A model generated the notes under the pieces. It was given only the letters and a program-made list of their open reading frames with translations. It did not search any database and was not told where the DNA came from. DNA of 64,000 nt from the NCBI GenBank assembly GCA_014728015.1, contig WJMI01000206.1:3266-67265 (forward strand), written 5' to 3'. This document shows, piece after piece, positions 35,493 through 44,242 of this stretch. The stretch is from Chitinivibrionales bacterium (GTDB lineage Bacteria; Fibrobacterota; Chitinivibrionia; Chitinivibrionales; WJMI01). The stretch's first letter is position 1. Each line of letters starts with the position of its first letter. Made by a program: the position numbers and the translations under genes.

Positions 35493-38126
35493 CTACTCTC
35501 CCGCCACCGGCAAGCCCGACAACTGCCTGATCGTCCAGTCTCTCCCGTCAGCCTGAATGCGGATCAGGCGAATGCCGGCGGCGTGGGCAGGGGCCAGGGT
35601 GAGCGCACGCGGGCCGATGCCCCGGACACGCGAGAGCAACTGACCCTGCATGTTGTACATCCTGACCGTATAGCCGCCGGGCCATGGGATTGACAAATAC
35701 ATGCCTCCGCGCGAGCTCCGGGCGGAGAGCCGGGGTGCATCGCGCCTGCTTTGCTTGCGAACGGCATTCGGATCGGTCGTGAGGGTGAACGGACCCGCTA
35801 TGCCGATAATCGCCTGATCGGTGTAGTCGTACACGCGAACCATGACCTGGTCGGTGAGGAGCGAGACCTGGTTTCCCTGGGCATCGGCGAGCTGCGCCCG
35901 GATTACCCACGGATACGCCCCGTAGTCCGGATGGTCCTTGCCCATTGAATTGCTGTCGAGGATCGGCAGCCAGGTCAGACCGTTATCAGGTGAAATCTGC
36001 ACCGACACGCCCGGTATATCACCTTCAGCCACCCATTTCACGGTCAGTACCGTGCCGACGAGATACGCGGCGCTTTCGGACGGTGACAGCACGGTTATGT
36101 TCCTGCCGCCGCCCTGCCCGATAATCTCGATACCGGCCTCGAAAACATCGTCACCATCGTCCTGGCGCGCTTCTATCTGCATGCCGTTGCCGTCGCCGAC
36201 CACGACCTCGAATTCCTCTACGTACGCCTTAAGCGTGCCGCCTGCCGCGGTGGTCACATTCAGCGCATCGATTACTTGCTCACCCTCGATGGTATAGTCC
36301 ATGCGGCGATTGTGATCATGGGCATCCATGAAATGCAGCCGCACGAGATACGTCGCATCGGGCAGCTCGGCGAAATCGTAGCTGTGGTCCTGGTGACGGA
36401 CGGTCCGGTAGACGTCGGCGGGCGCCGGGTTGGACACGCCGGAAACATCCGCGGCGTGTCCGAAGTCGAACGGGCTCCCGGCATCGCCGGGAGCGACATA
36501 GGCCGCATCGCTCTCCCACCCGTCAACTGCGCCCTCGCCGGCGCCGCAATTGATTTTCAGGTGTATGGATGCTGCCGCGACAACCTCTATGTCGACGCTT
36601 GCTTCGGCTGCTCCCGCCCGTGCCGTAATGGTGAAGGCGCCTTCCACATTGCCTGCCGTAAATACCGGGCCGTCCATGACATTGTGCGTGCCGGTGGTGC
36701 TCCAGCTCAGTGACGGCTGGGTTGTGAGCACCTCGCCGTACTGGTCGAGGACCACCGCGGAGAATGTCACGCTGCCGCCCTTGGTGACGCGCGCGCTCTG
36801 CGGGGAGATCGCGATGCGTGCCGCCACAGGATCGCCCAGAATGGTGACCGTGACATCGTAGTCCCGGGAAGCCGGCTGAGTGTTGGCAGCGGATATGGTG
36901 ACGGTCGCCGAGTGCACGCCGCTGGAAAGCCCCGAGATATCCACCGTATTCCGCACGGTGTAGCTTGCCCCCGAGCCGCTGACAGCGACACCCAGCCATG
37001 ACTCGCTGCTTTGAGCTTCGACCCCTTCGAGTGTGCCTGCGGGCGAAGTCACGGTGAGGTCTTGCACCGGCGGATTGGCACCCCCCTCGTCAGCCTCGAA
37101 TTCCAGGGCCGAGGCTGACAGGCGTATTGACGGCCCTGCCGGTTCGACCCCCACCCACGCATCAGGCGTGTAGTCGGGGACATTGTTGTCGGTGATGCGC
37201 ACCCATCCCTCGAAACCCTTGTAGTCGGATGTGAACTTGCCGACGTACACTTCGGCATCATCACTGTTGCCGTTGCTGTGGTAGCCTCCAGTGCAGGTCA
37301 TGAACCGGGCCCCCTTTTCGGCAAATCGCGGGTGGTAGTATTCGTTGGTCTTGGTGCCCGCGGGGAGGGGACGGGGATTCAGCTCGACTTCCTGGACGAG
37401 CGTTTTCCAGTTGAATACCTTGATAGTGCGGTGCCCGTCGGGCATCTGAAGCGCGAACCAGTAGTAGCTGTTGTCAGGTGCAACGGATGCCCAGCATCCG
37501 CCCACAAGCTGGGTGTTGGCGCCATTGGAGACCAGCCCGCCGTTCTCGATCATGTTGCCGTTGCCGGGCCACGGAAGGAAATCAGCCGCGAGCGTGCCGT
37601 CGGCGGATATCTGCCACCACTGGAAATAGTTGATTCCGACTTCGGACTTATCCCACAAGAGGAACTTATCGGCCACATCATCGATGCGATACCGGTGAAG
37701 TTTGCCTGACGTGCTCTTGCCGCCTTCGCGAACGACTATCCATTCCTCGCCGGTTTCGGGATGCACCCATGCATCCGAACAGATGCCATCAACCAGATAT
37801 TGCTTCTGGCCCGGGTTGTCCCACTCCATGACATACACTTTGTAGTTAACCGAAATGACAACTCGATGGCCCCCGCTGCAGATGATGGGACGATTCTGAC
37901 CGCTTGATGCAGGCAGCAGCTCAATTTCCTGGCCGGTTTGGGTATCGAATCCGATAAGCGTGCCGCCGCCGTCGATGCGGTGGCCGCCGCGGAGCCACAC
38001 CACGCGCGTGTGTTCGTTGCCGGTAAGGCTGTTGAGATTGTCGGCTATGTCGGTGAATGCAGCTCGCGCGCTAAGGAAAATGATGAAAGAAGCAGAGAAG
38101 ATGTAGCTTAAGCGATTAATCGCCAT
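35493..38126 (-). CDS. secreted multidomain protein: beta-propeller-like N-terminus, Big_2 Ig-like domain(s), malectin/CBM57-like domain, T9SS-type C-terminal tail
   Basis: Signal peptide MAINRLSYIFSASFIIFLSARAAFT. Big_2-like IAISPQSARVTKGGSVTFSAVVLDQYGE. Malectin-like IHLKINCGAGEGAVDGWESDAAY...VYRTVRH...YLVRLHFMD. Tail YTVRMYNMQGQLLSRV...AGIRLIRIQADG. AGGAGG before the ATG. Confidence 0.75.
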   Translation of the reverse strand: MAINRLSYIFSASFIIFLSARAAFTDIADNLNSLTGNEHTRVVWLRGGHRIDGGGTLIGFDTQTGQEIELLPASSGQNRPIICSGGHRVVISVNYKVYVMEWDNPGQKQYLVDGICSDAWVHPETGEEWIVVREGGKSTSGKLHRYRIDDVADKFLLWDKSEVGINYFQWWQISADGTLAADFLPWPGNGNMIENGGLVSNGANTQLVGGCWASVAPDNSYYWFALQMPDGHRTIKVFNWKTLVQEVELNPRPLPAGTKTNEYYHPRFAEKGARFMTCTGGYHSNGNSDDAEVYVGKFTSDYKGFEGWVRITDNNVPDYTPDAWVGVEPAGPSIRLSASALEFEADEGGANPPVQDLTVTSPAGTLEGVEAQSSESWLGVAVSGSGASYTVRNTVDISGLSSGVHSATVTISAANTQPASRDYDVTVTILGDPVAARIAISPQSARVTKGGSVTFSAVVLDQYGEVLTTQPSLSWSTTGTHNVMDGPVFTAGNVEGAFTITARAGAAEASVDIEVVAAASIHLKINCGAGEGAVDGWESDAAYVAPGDAGSPFDFGHAADVSGVSNPAPADVYRTVRHQDHSYDFAELPDATYLVRLHFMDAHDHNRRMDYTIEGEQVIDALNVTTAAGGTLKAYVEEFEVVVGDGNGMQIEARQDDGDDVFEAGIEIIGQGGGRNITVLSPSESAAYLVGTVLTVKWVAEGDIPGVSVQISPDNGLTWLPILDSNSMGKDHPDYGAYPWVIRAQLADAQGNQVSLLTDQVMVRVYDYTDQAIIGIAGPFTLTTDPNAVRKQSRRDAPRLSARSSRGGMYLSIPWPGGYTVRMYNMQGQLLSRVRGIGPRALTLAPAHAAGIRLIRIQADGRDWTIRQLSGLPVAGE

Positions 38127-38133
38127 TTCATGC

Positions 38134-38161
38134 CTCCTGGACTAATTTCTCCCCCCAGGAG
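38134..38161 (-). promoter_or_regulatory. possible SD-sequestering hairpin in the 5' leader of the 877-aa secreted-protein gene
   Basis: Transcript strand reads CUCUCCUGG-GGGGAGAAAUUAGU-CCAGGAGGCAUGAAAUG. CUCCUGG (38161..38155) can pair with CCAGGAG (38140..38134), which overlaps the Shine-Dalgarno box. Confidence 0.3.
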
Positions 38162-38270
38162 AGTTTTCTTTAATATAAAGGAAACAGCAGCCGTGCGCTG
38201 GTATTTGAGTGTGTTCGAGTTCCAAACCATTGGCGCCAAACACGACACTTGAGTGCCATATGGCCGAGAT

Positions 38271-38307
38271 CCCGGTCGGGTGCGTGAAGCGGCCGACGGG
38301 GTTTTTT
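38271..38307 (+). terminator. orphan intrinsic-terminator-like hairpin plus T6 tract in a divergent intergenic region
   Basis: CCCGGTCGG (38271..38279) pairs with CCGACGGGG (38293..38301): 8 of 9 bp, 13-nt loop. It is followed directly by TTTTTT (38302..38307). No plus-strand CDS lies upstream. Confidence 0.4.
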
Positions 38308-38420
38308 GCACTTGCCTTGCATGCAGTCACGTATCATTTTTTCGGCCATAGATGTGCCGGCACGAAGATGAAATGAAGCCGGCTTCCGTTCCTCTTATTC
38401 GACCTGCAAGGAGGTCTCTC

Positions 38421-38846
38421 ATGAAACCCCGCTATCTGCTTGCGGCAGCACTTGTCTCAATCGGCATGCTCGGCTGCAATCCCTTTGATTTTAGCGAAGA
38501 AGGCTCTAACGGGGGTGACGACGACGGCACACCTACTACGATAACCGAAGCTGATGTTATCGGAACATGGCTTTACGGTGTCGAGACTGGCGGAGTATAC
38601 AATGAAGGCAGATTCGACATAACAGCCGACAGTATTACCTATACTTCGATCAATGTTATGAATAGTAATGACACCACGGAGACAGGCTATGTATGCGGAA
38701 CGTGGGATCTGCAGGATACACTCATAATCTTTGAAGGCTCTCAATGCCGCAGTTTCGGAGCAGATGTTGCCTGTTCGGATCCGGATACGGCGAAATACGA
38801 CGACGGCGAACTTCGCTGCTGGGGGAATATCTATCTCAAGCAGTAG
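38421..38846 (+). CDS. small lipoprotein, unknown function
   Basis: ORF 38352..38846 trimmed to ATG 38421, preceded by AAGGAGG. MKPRYLLAAALVSIGMLGC lipobox, then a GGDDDG linker. Codon usage visibly more A/T-rich than neighbours. Confidence 0.65.
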   Translation: MKPRYLLAAALVSIGMLGCNPFDFSEEGSNGGDDDGTPTTITEADVIGTWLYGVETGGVYNEGRFDITADSITYTSINVMNSNDTTETGYVCGTWDLQDTLIIFEGSQCRSFGADVACSDPDTAKYDDGELRCWGNIYLKQ

Positions 38847-39021
38847 GCAAATGTCTTCTCCCCTAGTTCTAGCGGAAGTGCGGAGCAACCACGCAACATG
38901 TCCTTCCACGCGATGGAGCAGACCGTGAGCGTTTGACCGTTACCGGCCGTGCGCTCTCGGATGTTTTCTAAGGCGATATGATCACACGCTCAGTTGAGCA
39001 GCTTCTCTGCTTCTTCGTTCT

Positions 39022-39645
39022 TTGTTGCGTGCGTTGGTCTGTTGGATGCTTAGAACCACTGCCGGCGCTGATGCAAAGGAAGACCATGAATCGCTCGGCG
39101 CTGTGGATTCCGCGCTGAATACTTCCGCGTGGAATGCAGTGCATGCTCACGCCTGGACCGTGCACGCCTTTGTGGCCCAGCAGGCCATGGAACAGGCTGA
39201 TGCCGACGATTCGGTTGTAGTATTCCATTCGGAGCTGTTTGTCAGAGAGCCTGTCCAAGGCTGTCCTGTCGGCGTCTACCCCGAGCGGTATGTCGGCGAG
39301 TCCAACTGGAACGATTCTGCGTGTACCATGTCCGTATGGGATCTTTCCCTGCGCGGTGCGCAGATCGGGGGTAGCTGGTACGGGTCGGGCATCGACGATG
39401 CCACGCGGATGCGGCAAAACCTTACGAGCAACGCATCCGTAACATTTATCGATTCCGCAGACGCATGGATTGTGGCTTGCGCGTGTGTTCGGAGCGGCGG
39501 TTCGCTGTCGGCGTGTACCCGCGGACCCAAGATCTACTGCACTGTCACGTATTCGCGGTTCTATATCGAATACGACTACGCTACCGGCCAGGTCACCCGC
39601 AGCGAGATCCGCGAACACCAGAGCTGCTATTCGTTTCTGCTCTAG
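39022..39645 (+). CDS. hypothetical Cys-rich protein (coding status uncertain)
   Basis: TTG-initiated ORF (ATG at 39046). G-rich first codon positions and a more protein-like sequence than the fully overlapping minus-strand ORF 38968..39660. No signal peptide or known motif. Confidence 0.3.
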   Translation: MLRALVCWMLRTTAGADAKEDHESLGAVDSALNTSAWNAVHAHAWTVHAFVAQQAMEQADADDSVVVFHSELFVREPVQGCPVGVYPERYVGESNWNDSACTMSVWDLSLRGAQIGGSWYGSGIDDATRMRQNLTSNASVTFIDSADAWIVACACVRSGGSLSACTRGPKIYCTVTYSRFYIEYDYATGQVTRSEIREHQSCYSFLL

Positions 39646-39731
39646 CGACCTTGTGTACAAGCCTGATGAGGAAGGCTTCGGAAGGCCTCTATGTCGGCCA
39701 CCCCGTTTGCGTGCGAAAAGGCAGGGCGGGA

Positions 39732-41765
39732 TTAGAACCTGAAGACCGGACCCAGCCGGATCAGGATGTCCCGGTGGGAATCGATTACGCTGAGTCCTTC
39801 GCGCTCGAGACCGCGTACTTTTCCCTCAAGCGAAAGAAACGCGCATGCGGCAGACACGCCGGCGCGGCTTCCGAAGAAAACATCAAGGGCCCCCTTGGCA
39901 TAGATGCCTTCCAAGCCGCCCACAGATGTCGTTTCCCACCATTGGTCTGCATCGTTCTCAATGACAAACATGTTGCCTGTTGCGCGCGCCCACGGGGAGA
40001 AATCCGCGCGCGCCACCACATGCGGATTGCCGTAAGACAACCCGAGCACGGGCGCGAAGAATGTGTTTAAGGCGGAAACAGGTTCTTCGTCTTCGGTGGC
40101 ATCGGATGGCTCGCTGAGATTCCCGGTGAATGCGATGCCGCCATCAAGGGATAGGCCGGCCCGGACAGGAACTTTGCAGTGCCCCTCCAGCCCGAACAGC
40201 ATGGCATCCGGACCGAAGCCGATATCCATGAGGATGTCGAAACGGTGAGTACTGTGTCCCAGTGTCAGCGAACCGCCCCACGCCGTGCCGTCGATGTCAC
40301 TCACCGCACTGTTGTAGTCCGCGGCCGTCCCTGTTGAAAACCGATCATCGCTCGTCTGCTCGCCGCGATAGAGGTATACGTACGGCCACAGCCGCGCGTG
40401 CCCGTACTGCGTTTGCATAAACGGATCATCGGCCGCAAGATAGCTGTCGAGTATGGAATAGAGGTACACCACTCCCGCATACCCGGCCATGAATGCTCCG
40501 ACGAGCGTGAAATAGCCGGCGGTTGATTCGCCGGCATACTTGTCGATATAATCCCATGTGTCGGGTGTTGCAGGGAGCGACACATCTGCCTCACTGCGAT
40601 CGCGTGATGCCAGGGCAAAAAGCAATCCTGCGGTGGCGCCTGCGCCCGCGATCTGTAGTTGTGTCATGATAGCCTGGGTCTGGTAGCCGTTGTAAATCTG
40701 CCCGCCTCCCGGCAGAAGCGACCATACAAGCGCGCGAGACGGGTCTGTCTGGCGTCGCGGAACCTTGCCGCCGATCAGGTCTTCAATGTCGACTACCTTC
40801 TCAAGATCGCGTTGGACAATGACTGTTCGTCCGCAGCGCACGCGGATTTTCGCTCGATAGGTGCGATAGCCGCCATGGCGAATCTCCAGGGCATAAGCTC
40901 CTTCCGCCACGCTGTCAATGCGGGCCGGTGTCAATCCGACAAGCTCCCCGTCAACGAATGCGCGTGCACCGGTGGGTACGGATTGCACCGAGATGGACCC
41001 AAGACCGGATACGGCATCCTGAGCTTCCCCGGCCTCTCCTGTTGCGGGTTGCACCCGCATGCCGACTTCAAACGGCATCGCGGAATCTATCGGGGCACAC
41101 CTGCTGCCGTTCGCATCAATACTCTCGATCCGCAGTATACCAACGGGCACCTTTTCGCGCATGAGTATCGCGCCCTGCTTGTCACGCACCACATTCAGTT
41201 TGGCCACCGCGAGCACATCGCTTTCCGCAACGCCAAACGGAGTGCCGATATCGGTGTATATGCCGTCGTCACGGATTACGCGAATCGACCCAGCAATGTC
41301 CATCTTGCCGGCAATGGCGGCGACAAGCTTAGTGCAGGCCTCACGCCAGTCGTCCTCGGCGGCAACATCGATATTTTCGGCCAACTCGACCGCCCCGTTT
41401 TCCACGTCGACCATCCTGATGGTAAGCAGGTATTTGACATAACGGCTGTCTGTCGCGGCAACGCTGCCGAATACCAGCTTGCGCACGTTGAGCACGTTGC
41501 CCACCTCGACCGCTTTGCCCGCGGATGTCAGGCCCGAGAGCTGCAGCTTCTGTTCCTCAAGAAGCTCGCTGAGCCGGCCCCGCTCGATTACCTGGAACAA
41601 CGGATGCTGCGTGAACTGGGTCCGCAGGATTTCCGTAGCCTTGCGTACCTGCTCCGGCGGGGCCCCGAGCGGCTCCAAATCCATAATTGCGATATCAATC
41701 CCCGCGCTCAAGGCAACGCTAGCCGCCGCGACAACAAGGAGCACTATTCGATGTAAGCACTTCAT
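39732..41765 (-). CDS. envelope protein: CsgG/LpoB-like N-domain + PEGA domain + two TM-like helices + C-terminal beta-rich region
   Basis: ORF 39732..41861 trimmed to ATG 41765 (MKCLHRIVLLVVAAASVALSA signal). IAIMDLEPLG...FQVIERGRLSELLEEQKLQLSGL...RMVDVENGAV (CsgG/LpoB-like). SVQSVPTGARAFVDGELVGLTPARIDSVAEGAYALEIRHGGYRTY (PEGA). Ends IRLGPVFRF. Confidence 0.65.
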   Translation of the reverse strand: MKCLHRIVLLVVAAASVALSAGIDIAIMDLEPLGAPPEQVRKATEILRTQFTQHPLFQVIERGRLSELLEEQKLQLSGLTSAGKAVEVGNVLNVRKLVFGSVAATDSRYVKYLLTIRMVDVENGAVELAENIDVAAEDDWREACTKLVAAIAGKMDIAGSIRVIRDDGIYTDIGTPFGVAESDVLAVAKLNVVRDKQGAILMREKVPVGILRIESIDANGSRCAPIDSAMPFEVGMRVQPATGEAGEAQDAVSGLGSISVQSVPTGARAFVDGELVGLTPARIDSVAEGAYALEIRHGGYRTYRAKIRVRCGRTVIVQRDLEKVVDIEDLIGGKVPRRQTDPSRALVWSLLPGGGQIYNGYQTQAIMTQLQIAGAGATAGLLFALASRDRSEADVSLPATPDTWDYIDKYAGESTAGYFTLVGAFMAGYAGVVYLYSILDSYLAADDPFMQTQYGHARLWPYVYLYRGEQTSDDRFSTGTAADYNSAVSDIDGTAWGGSLTLGHSTHRFDILMDIGFGPDAMLFGLEGHCKVPVRAGLSLDGGIAFTGNLSEPSDATEDEEPVSALNTFFAPVLGLSYGNPHVVARADFSPWARATGNMFVIENDADQWWETTSVGGLEGIYAKGALDVFFGSRAGVSAACAFLSLEGKVRGLEREGLSVIDSHRDILIRLGPVFRF

Positions 41766-41876
41766 GAAAACGTATCCGCGGTTGGTGAACATGAATACCT
41801 GAAGCAGAAAGATACTAGATATCCGGCGAAGGGCATAATCAGAGCACGCAACAAGAAGCACTCACAACAGTGTAAT

Positions 41877-42989
41877 TCACGGGAGGTACGAAACTCCACT
41901 GCGGGGAACAAAGCAATCGCGTTTGACGGTACGGAAAATGCAGAGACTGGCTGTTTCCCGTATCTGATCGAGATACCTTCCGCGCATATCAAAGACAGTC
42001 GCGCCGGATTCGATGTCGGACCCGGCACGACGCCCCAAAGACAGAATTTTGCTTTCTTTCGGGACTTTGCCGCGCGTTGCCGACAGGCGTAGGTGTTCCC
42101 GCGAACGAATGGGTGAGTCATTCCCGCGTGATTTGGAGAACAGCCAGTCGGCAAGCTGCGGCTCGCGATAGCTGCGGTCCCACATGATATGGGATTCATC
42201 TTCGTATTCGGTATAAAGGAAATCCGCGCCTGCCGCGACCGCGGAATCGATTTGACTCCTGCTCATCCCCGCGCAGTCGCCGGCACGGCAGTGCGTGTAG
42301 ACGGCATTTTCACCGCGCGCCTTCGTAAGCGCGGCAATCATATTGCGCGAGCCTTCGGGAGGAACGACGTTATCGAGCGCGCCGTGGAACGCCCACACAG
42401 GCAGGTGCGCAACACTTTCAGCCCTGCTCGTGTCCGCGGCTCCGCTTTGCGGTATTACCGCGGCAAACACCGACGGAAACCGTGTCGCCAGGTCCCACGC
42501 GCCGAATCCGCCGATCGAGAGTCCGGTCAGATAGATACGGTTGGTATCGATGCAAAACTCGCGTTTCAGAGAGTCAAGCAGGTCCATAACCGTTGCCAGC
42601 GGCCCGGAAAGCGCGTAGTCGCTCTGGTTGTAGGTGTCCATGTCCCACCCGAACCCTGTCCAGGTCCCGCTCGGCAATTGCGGCGAAGCCACGAAACAAG
42701 GGTACGTGCTTTGCACTGAATCTTCCGCCCAGATTTCGGCAATCGGGTAGTTTTCAATATGCTGTACGTTGTCGGTGCCGTTCTCGCCCACGCCATGCAG
42801 CGTGATAACGATTGGCAGTCGCTGCGGCGGCGCATAGGCGGGAGGGACAAAAAGCCGATACGCAACGGCAAAGTCCTGCGGACCAGTATGCCCGCGGAAC
42901 TCGAACTCGTCTGAGGGACGCCCGAAAACCGTGACGCACAGGCACGCCCATACAAGCATATGGCGATAGTTGAAACGTATAAGCATCAT
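41877..42989 (-). CDS. secreted alpha/beta-hydrolase esterase (CE1 / PHB-depolymerase-type)
   Basis: ITLHGVGENGTDN, GLSIGGFGAW (G-x-S-x-G), AFHGALDNVVP. N-terminal hydrophobic MLVWACLCVTVFG. The C-terminal ~70 aa only weakly resemble a T9SS tail. Confidence 0.75.
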   Translation of the reverse strand: MMLIRFNYRHMLVWACLCVTVFGRPSDEFEFRGHTGPQDFAVAYRLFVPPAYAPPQRLPIVITLHGVGENGTDNVQHIENYPIAEIWAEDSVQSTYPCFVASPQLPSGTWTGFGWDMDTYNQSDYALSGPLATVMDLLDSLKREFCIDTNRIYLTGLSIGGFGAWDLATRFPSVFAAVIPQSGAADTSRAESVAHLPVWAFHGALDNVVPPEGSRNMIAALTKARGENAVYTHCRAGDCAGMSRSQIDSAVAAGADFLYTEYEDESHIMWDRSYREPQLADWLFSKSRGNDSPIRSREHLRLSATRGKVPKESKILSLGRRAGSDIESGATVFDMRGRYLDQIRETASLCIFRTVKRDCFVPRSGVSYLP

Positions 42990-43119
42990 GGCAGGGTCCC
43001 TGAGTTCGTTTCTGCAGAATGGTCAAAATACTTGTGACGCGGATTGCAGTGCCACAGAGGCCGGGCATACAGCATATATTTTGATACCAGATGAAATCCG
43101 ATTGAAAAGGAGGCCAACT

Positions 43120-43629
43120 ATGAAACGAAAGAAAACGCTGAGGATTCTCCTCGCTTGCGTGCTTGCATATGTTGCCGATGCGGGAGCGTGGGGCGAGCCG
43201 TACTGGCAGGGCGACCGGATGCTCAATGGCGGCATCGGCATAGTCCTGCCGGGAGCGCCCGGTCATATGACCATTCCTCCTGTTGGCGCGGGGTTTGAAT
43301 ACGGCATTCACGAACTGGTTTCCGCCGGGGCTTTTTTTGCGCTGTCAGGATCCAAGGATATCAACCATCACATGATATTCAGCCTTGCCGCCGAAGGGAA
43401 CTTCCATCCGTTCAACCTTCCCGCGTTCCCGGAGTTCGGCCTCAAGGACCGGCTCGATGCCTATGCCGGGGTGCTGCTCGGACTGAACGCAATTACCAAC
43501 TACGGCGGGAGATTCCTCTGGGGCGTTGCGGGGGGCTGCCGTTATTACTTCAGCAACAGTTTTGCTGTCTACGCCGAGCTGGGTCGCGGCATAGGCTATT
43601 TCAATATCGGCGTGACCATGCGGCTATAA
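43120..43629 (+). CDS. small outer-membrane-like protein, paralogue A
   Basis: ORF 42970..43629 trimmed to ATG 43120, preceded by AAAGGAGG. Signal MKRKKTLRILLACVLAYVADAGA. Gly/aromatic-rich, about 150-aa mature protein. Similar to the convergent gene 43671..44165. Confidence 0.6.
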   Translation: MKRKKTLRILLACVLAYVADAGAWGEPYWQGDRMLNGGIGIVLPGAPGHMTIPPVGAGFEYGIHELVSAGAFFALSGSKDINHHMIFSLAAEGNFHPFNLPAFPEFGLKDRLDAYAGVLLGLNAITNYGGRFLWGVAGGCRYYFSNSFAVYAELGRGIGYFNIGVTMRL

Positions 43630-43670
43630 TGCGCCGGCCGCGCAGGAATCGCGTCCCGACAACGACACGC

Positions 43671-44165
43671 TCAGAACTTGAAGACGACCCCTCCTGAGAG
43701 GAATCCGAGGTCCTCGCCCGGCCAGGTTGCCGACTCCTCGGCGTAGAAACCGAACGACTCGGAGATAAAGAACCGGCACCCGATGAACTCTCCAAATGAT
43801 GGGAGAACAGGCGTATCATCGCCGGGATCGATTGAGATTCCGGCAATCACACCGACATAGGGATCGAGTATCCGCTTTACATCGATCTTATCGCGTAGTG
43901 GCGGAAGATAGAAGGGATGAAACGCGCCCCGGCCAATGAGCGGGATGTCGATCCAGGGAATGTGCACGCCCATCGCCGCGCCGACCGAAACCATATCATG
44001 CACGGCGATATCGAAGTGCGCGCCGGGAATGAATGGCACAATGCCGATACCCGCGCCGATCATCATGTCACCCTTGGCATACACGCCGTCCCGGGCGCTG
44101 ACCGGGGCCGATACCAGTCCGACAGAAAGGACAAGTGCTGAAATGCAGGTAAGACATCGCTTCAT
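43671..44165 (-). CDS. small outer-membrane-like protein, paralogue B
   Basis: Signal MKRCLTCISALVLSVGLVSAPVSA. Shared blocks with paralogue A (GDxMxxGGIGIV, GAHxxI, HxxVSxGA, FHPFxLPxxxxxxxKxxLDxYxGV, FxxYAE). Ends GGVVFKF. Confidence 0.6.
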   Translation of the reverse strand: MKRCLTCISALVLSVGLVSAPVSARDGVYAKGDMMIGAGIGIVPFIPGAHFDIAVHDMVSVGAAMGVHIPWIDIPLIGRGAFHPFYLPPLRDKIDVKRILDPYVGVIAGISIDPGDDTPVLPSFGEFIGCRFFISESFGFYAEESATWPGEDLGFLSGGVVFKF

Positions 44166-44242
44166 TGGTGCAACTCCTGTGTGGCGTTGTTTGAGTTCCA
44201 GGGCCGCCGGAAAAATACCATATCGACACCCTCCGTTGCAGG

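Noticed and set aside
38213-38223. GTTCGAGTTCC resembling a tRNA T-loop
   Set aside because: No flanking complementary T-stem, acceptor stem or anticodon arm could be built by hand. No tRNA is called anywhere in the window.
38968-39660. 230-aa minus-strand ORF fully overlapping ORF 39022..39645
   Set aside because: The Arg/Pro/Gly-rich sequence looks like an antisense translation. The plus strand has G-rich first codon positions. Neither ORF is strongly supported, so only the plus ORF is listed, at low confidence.
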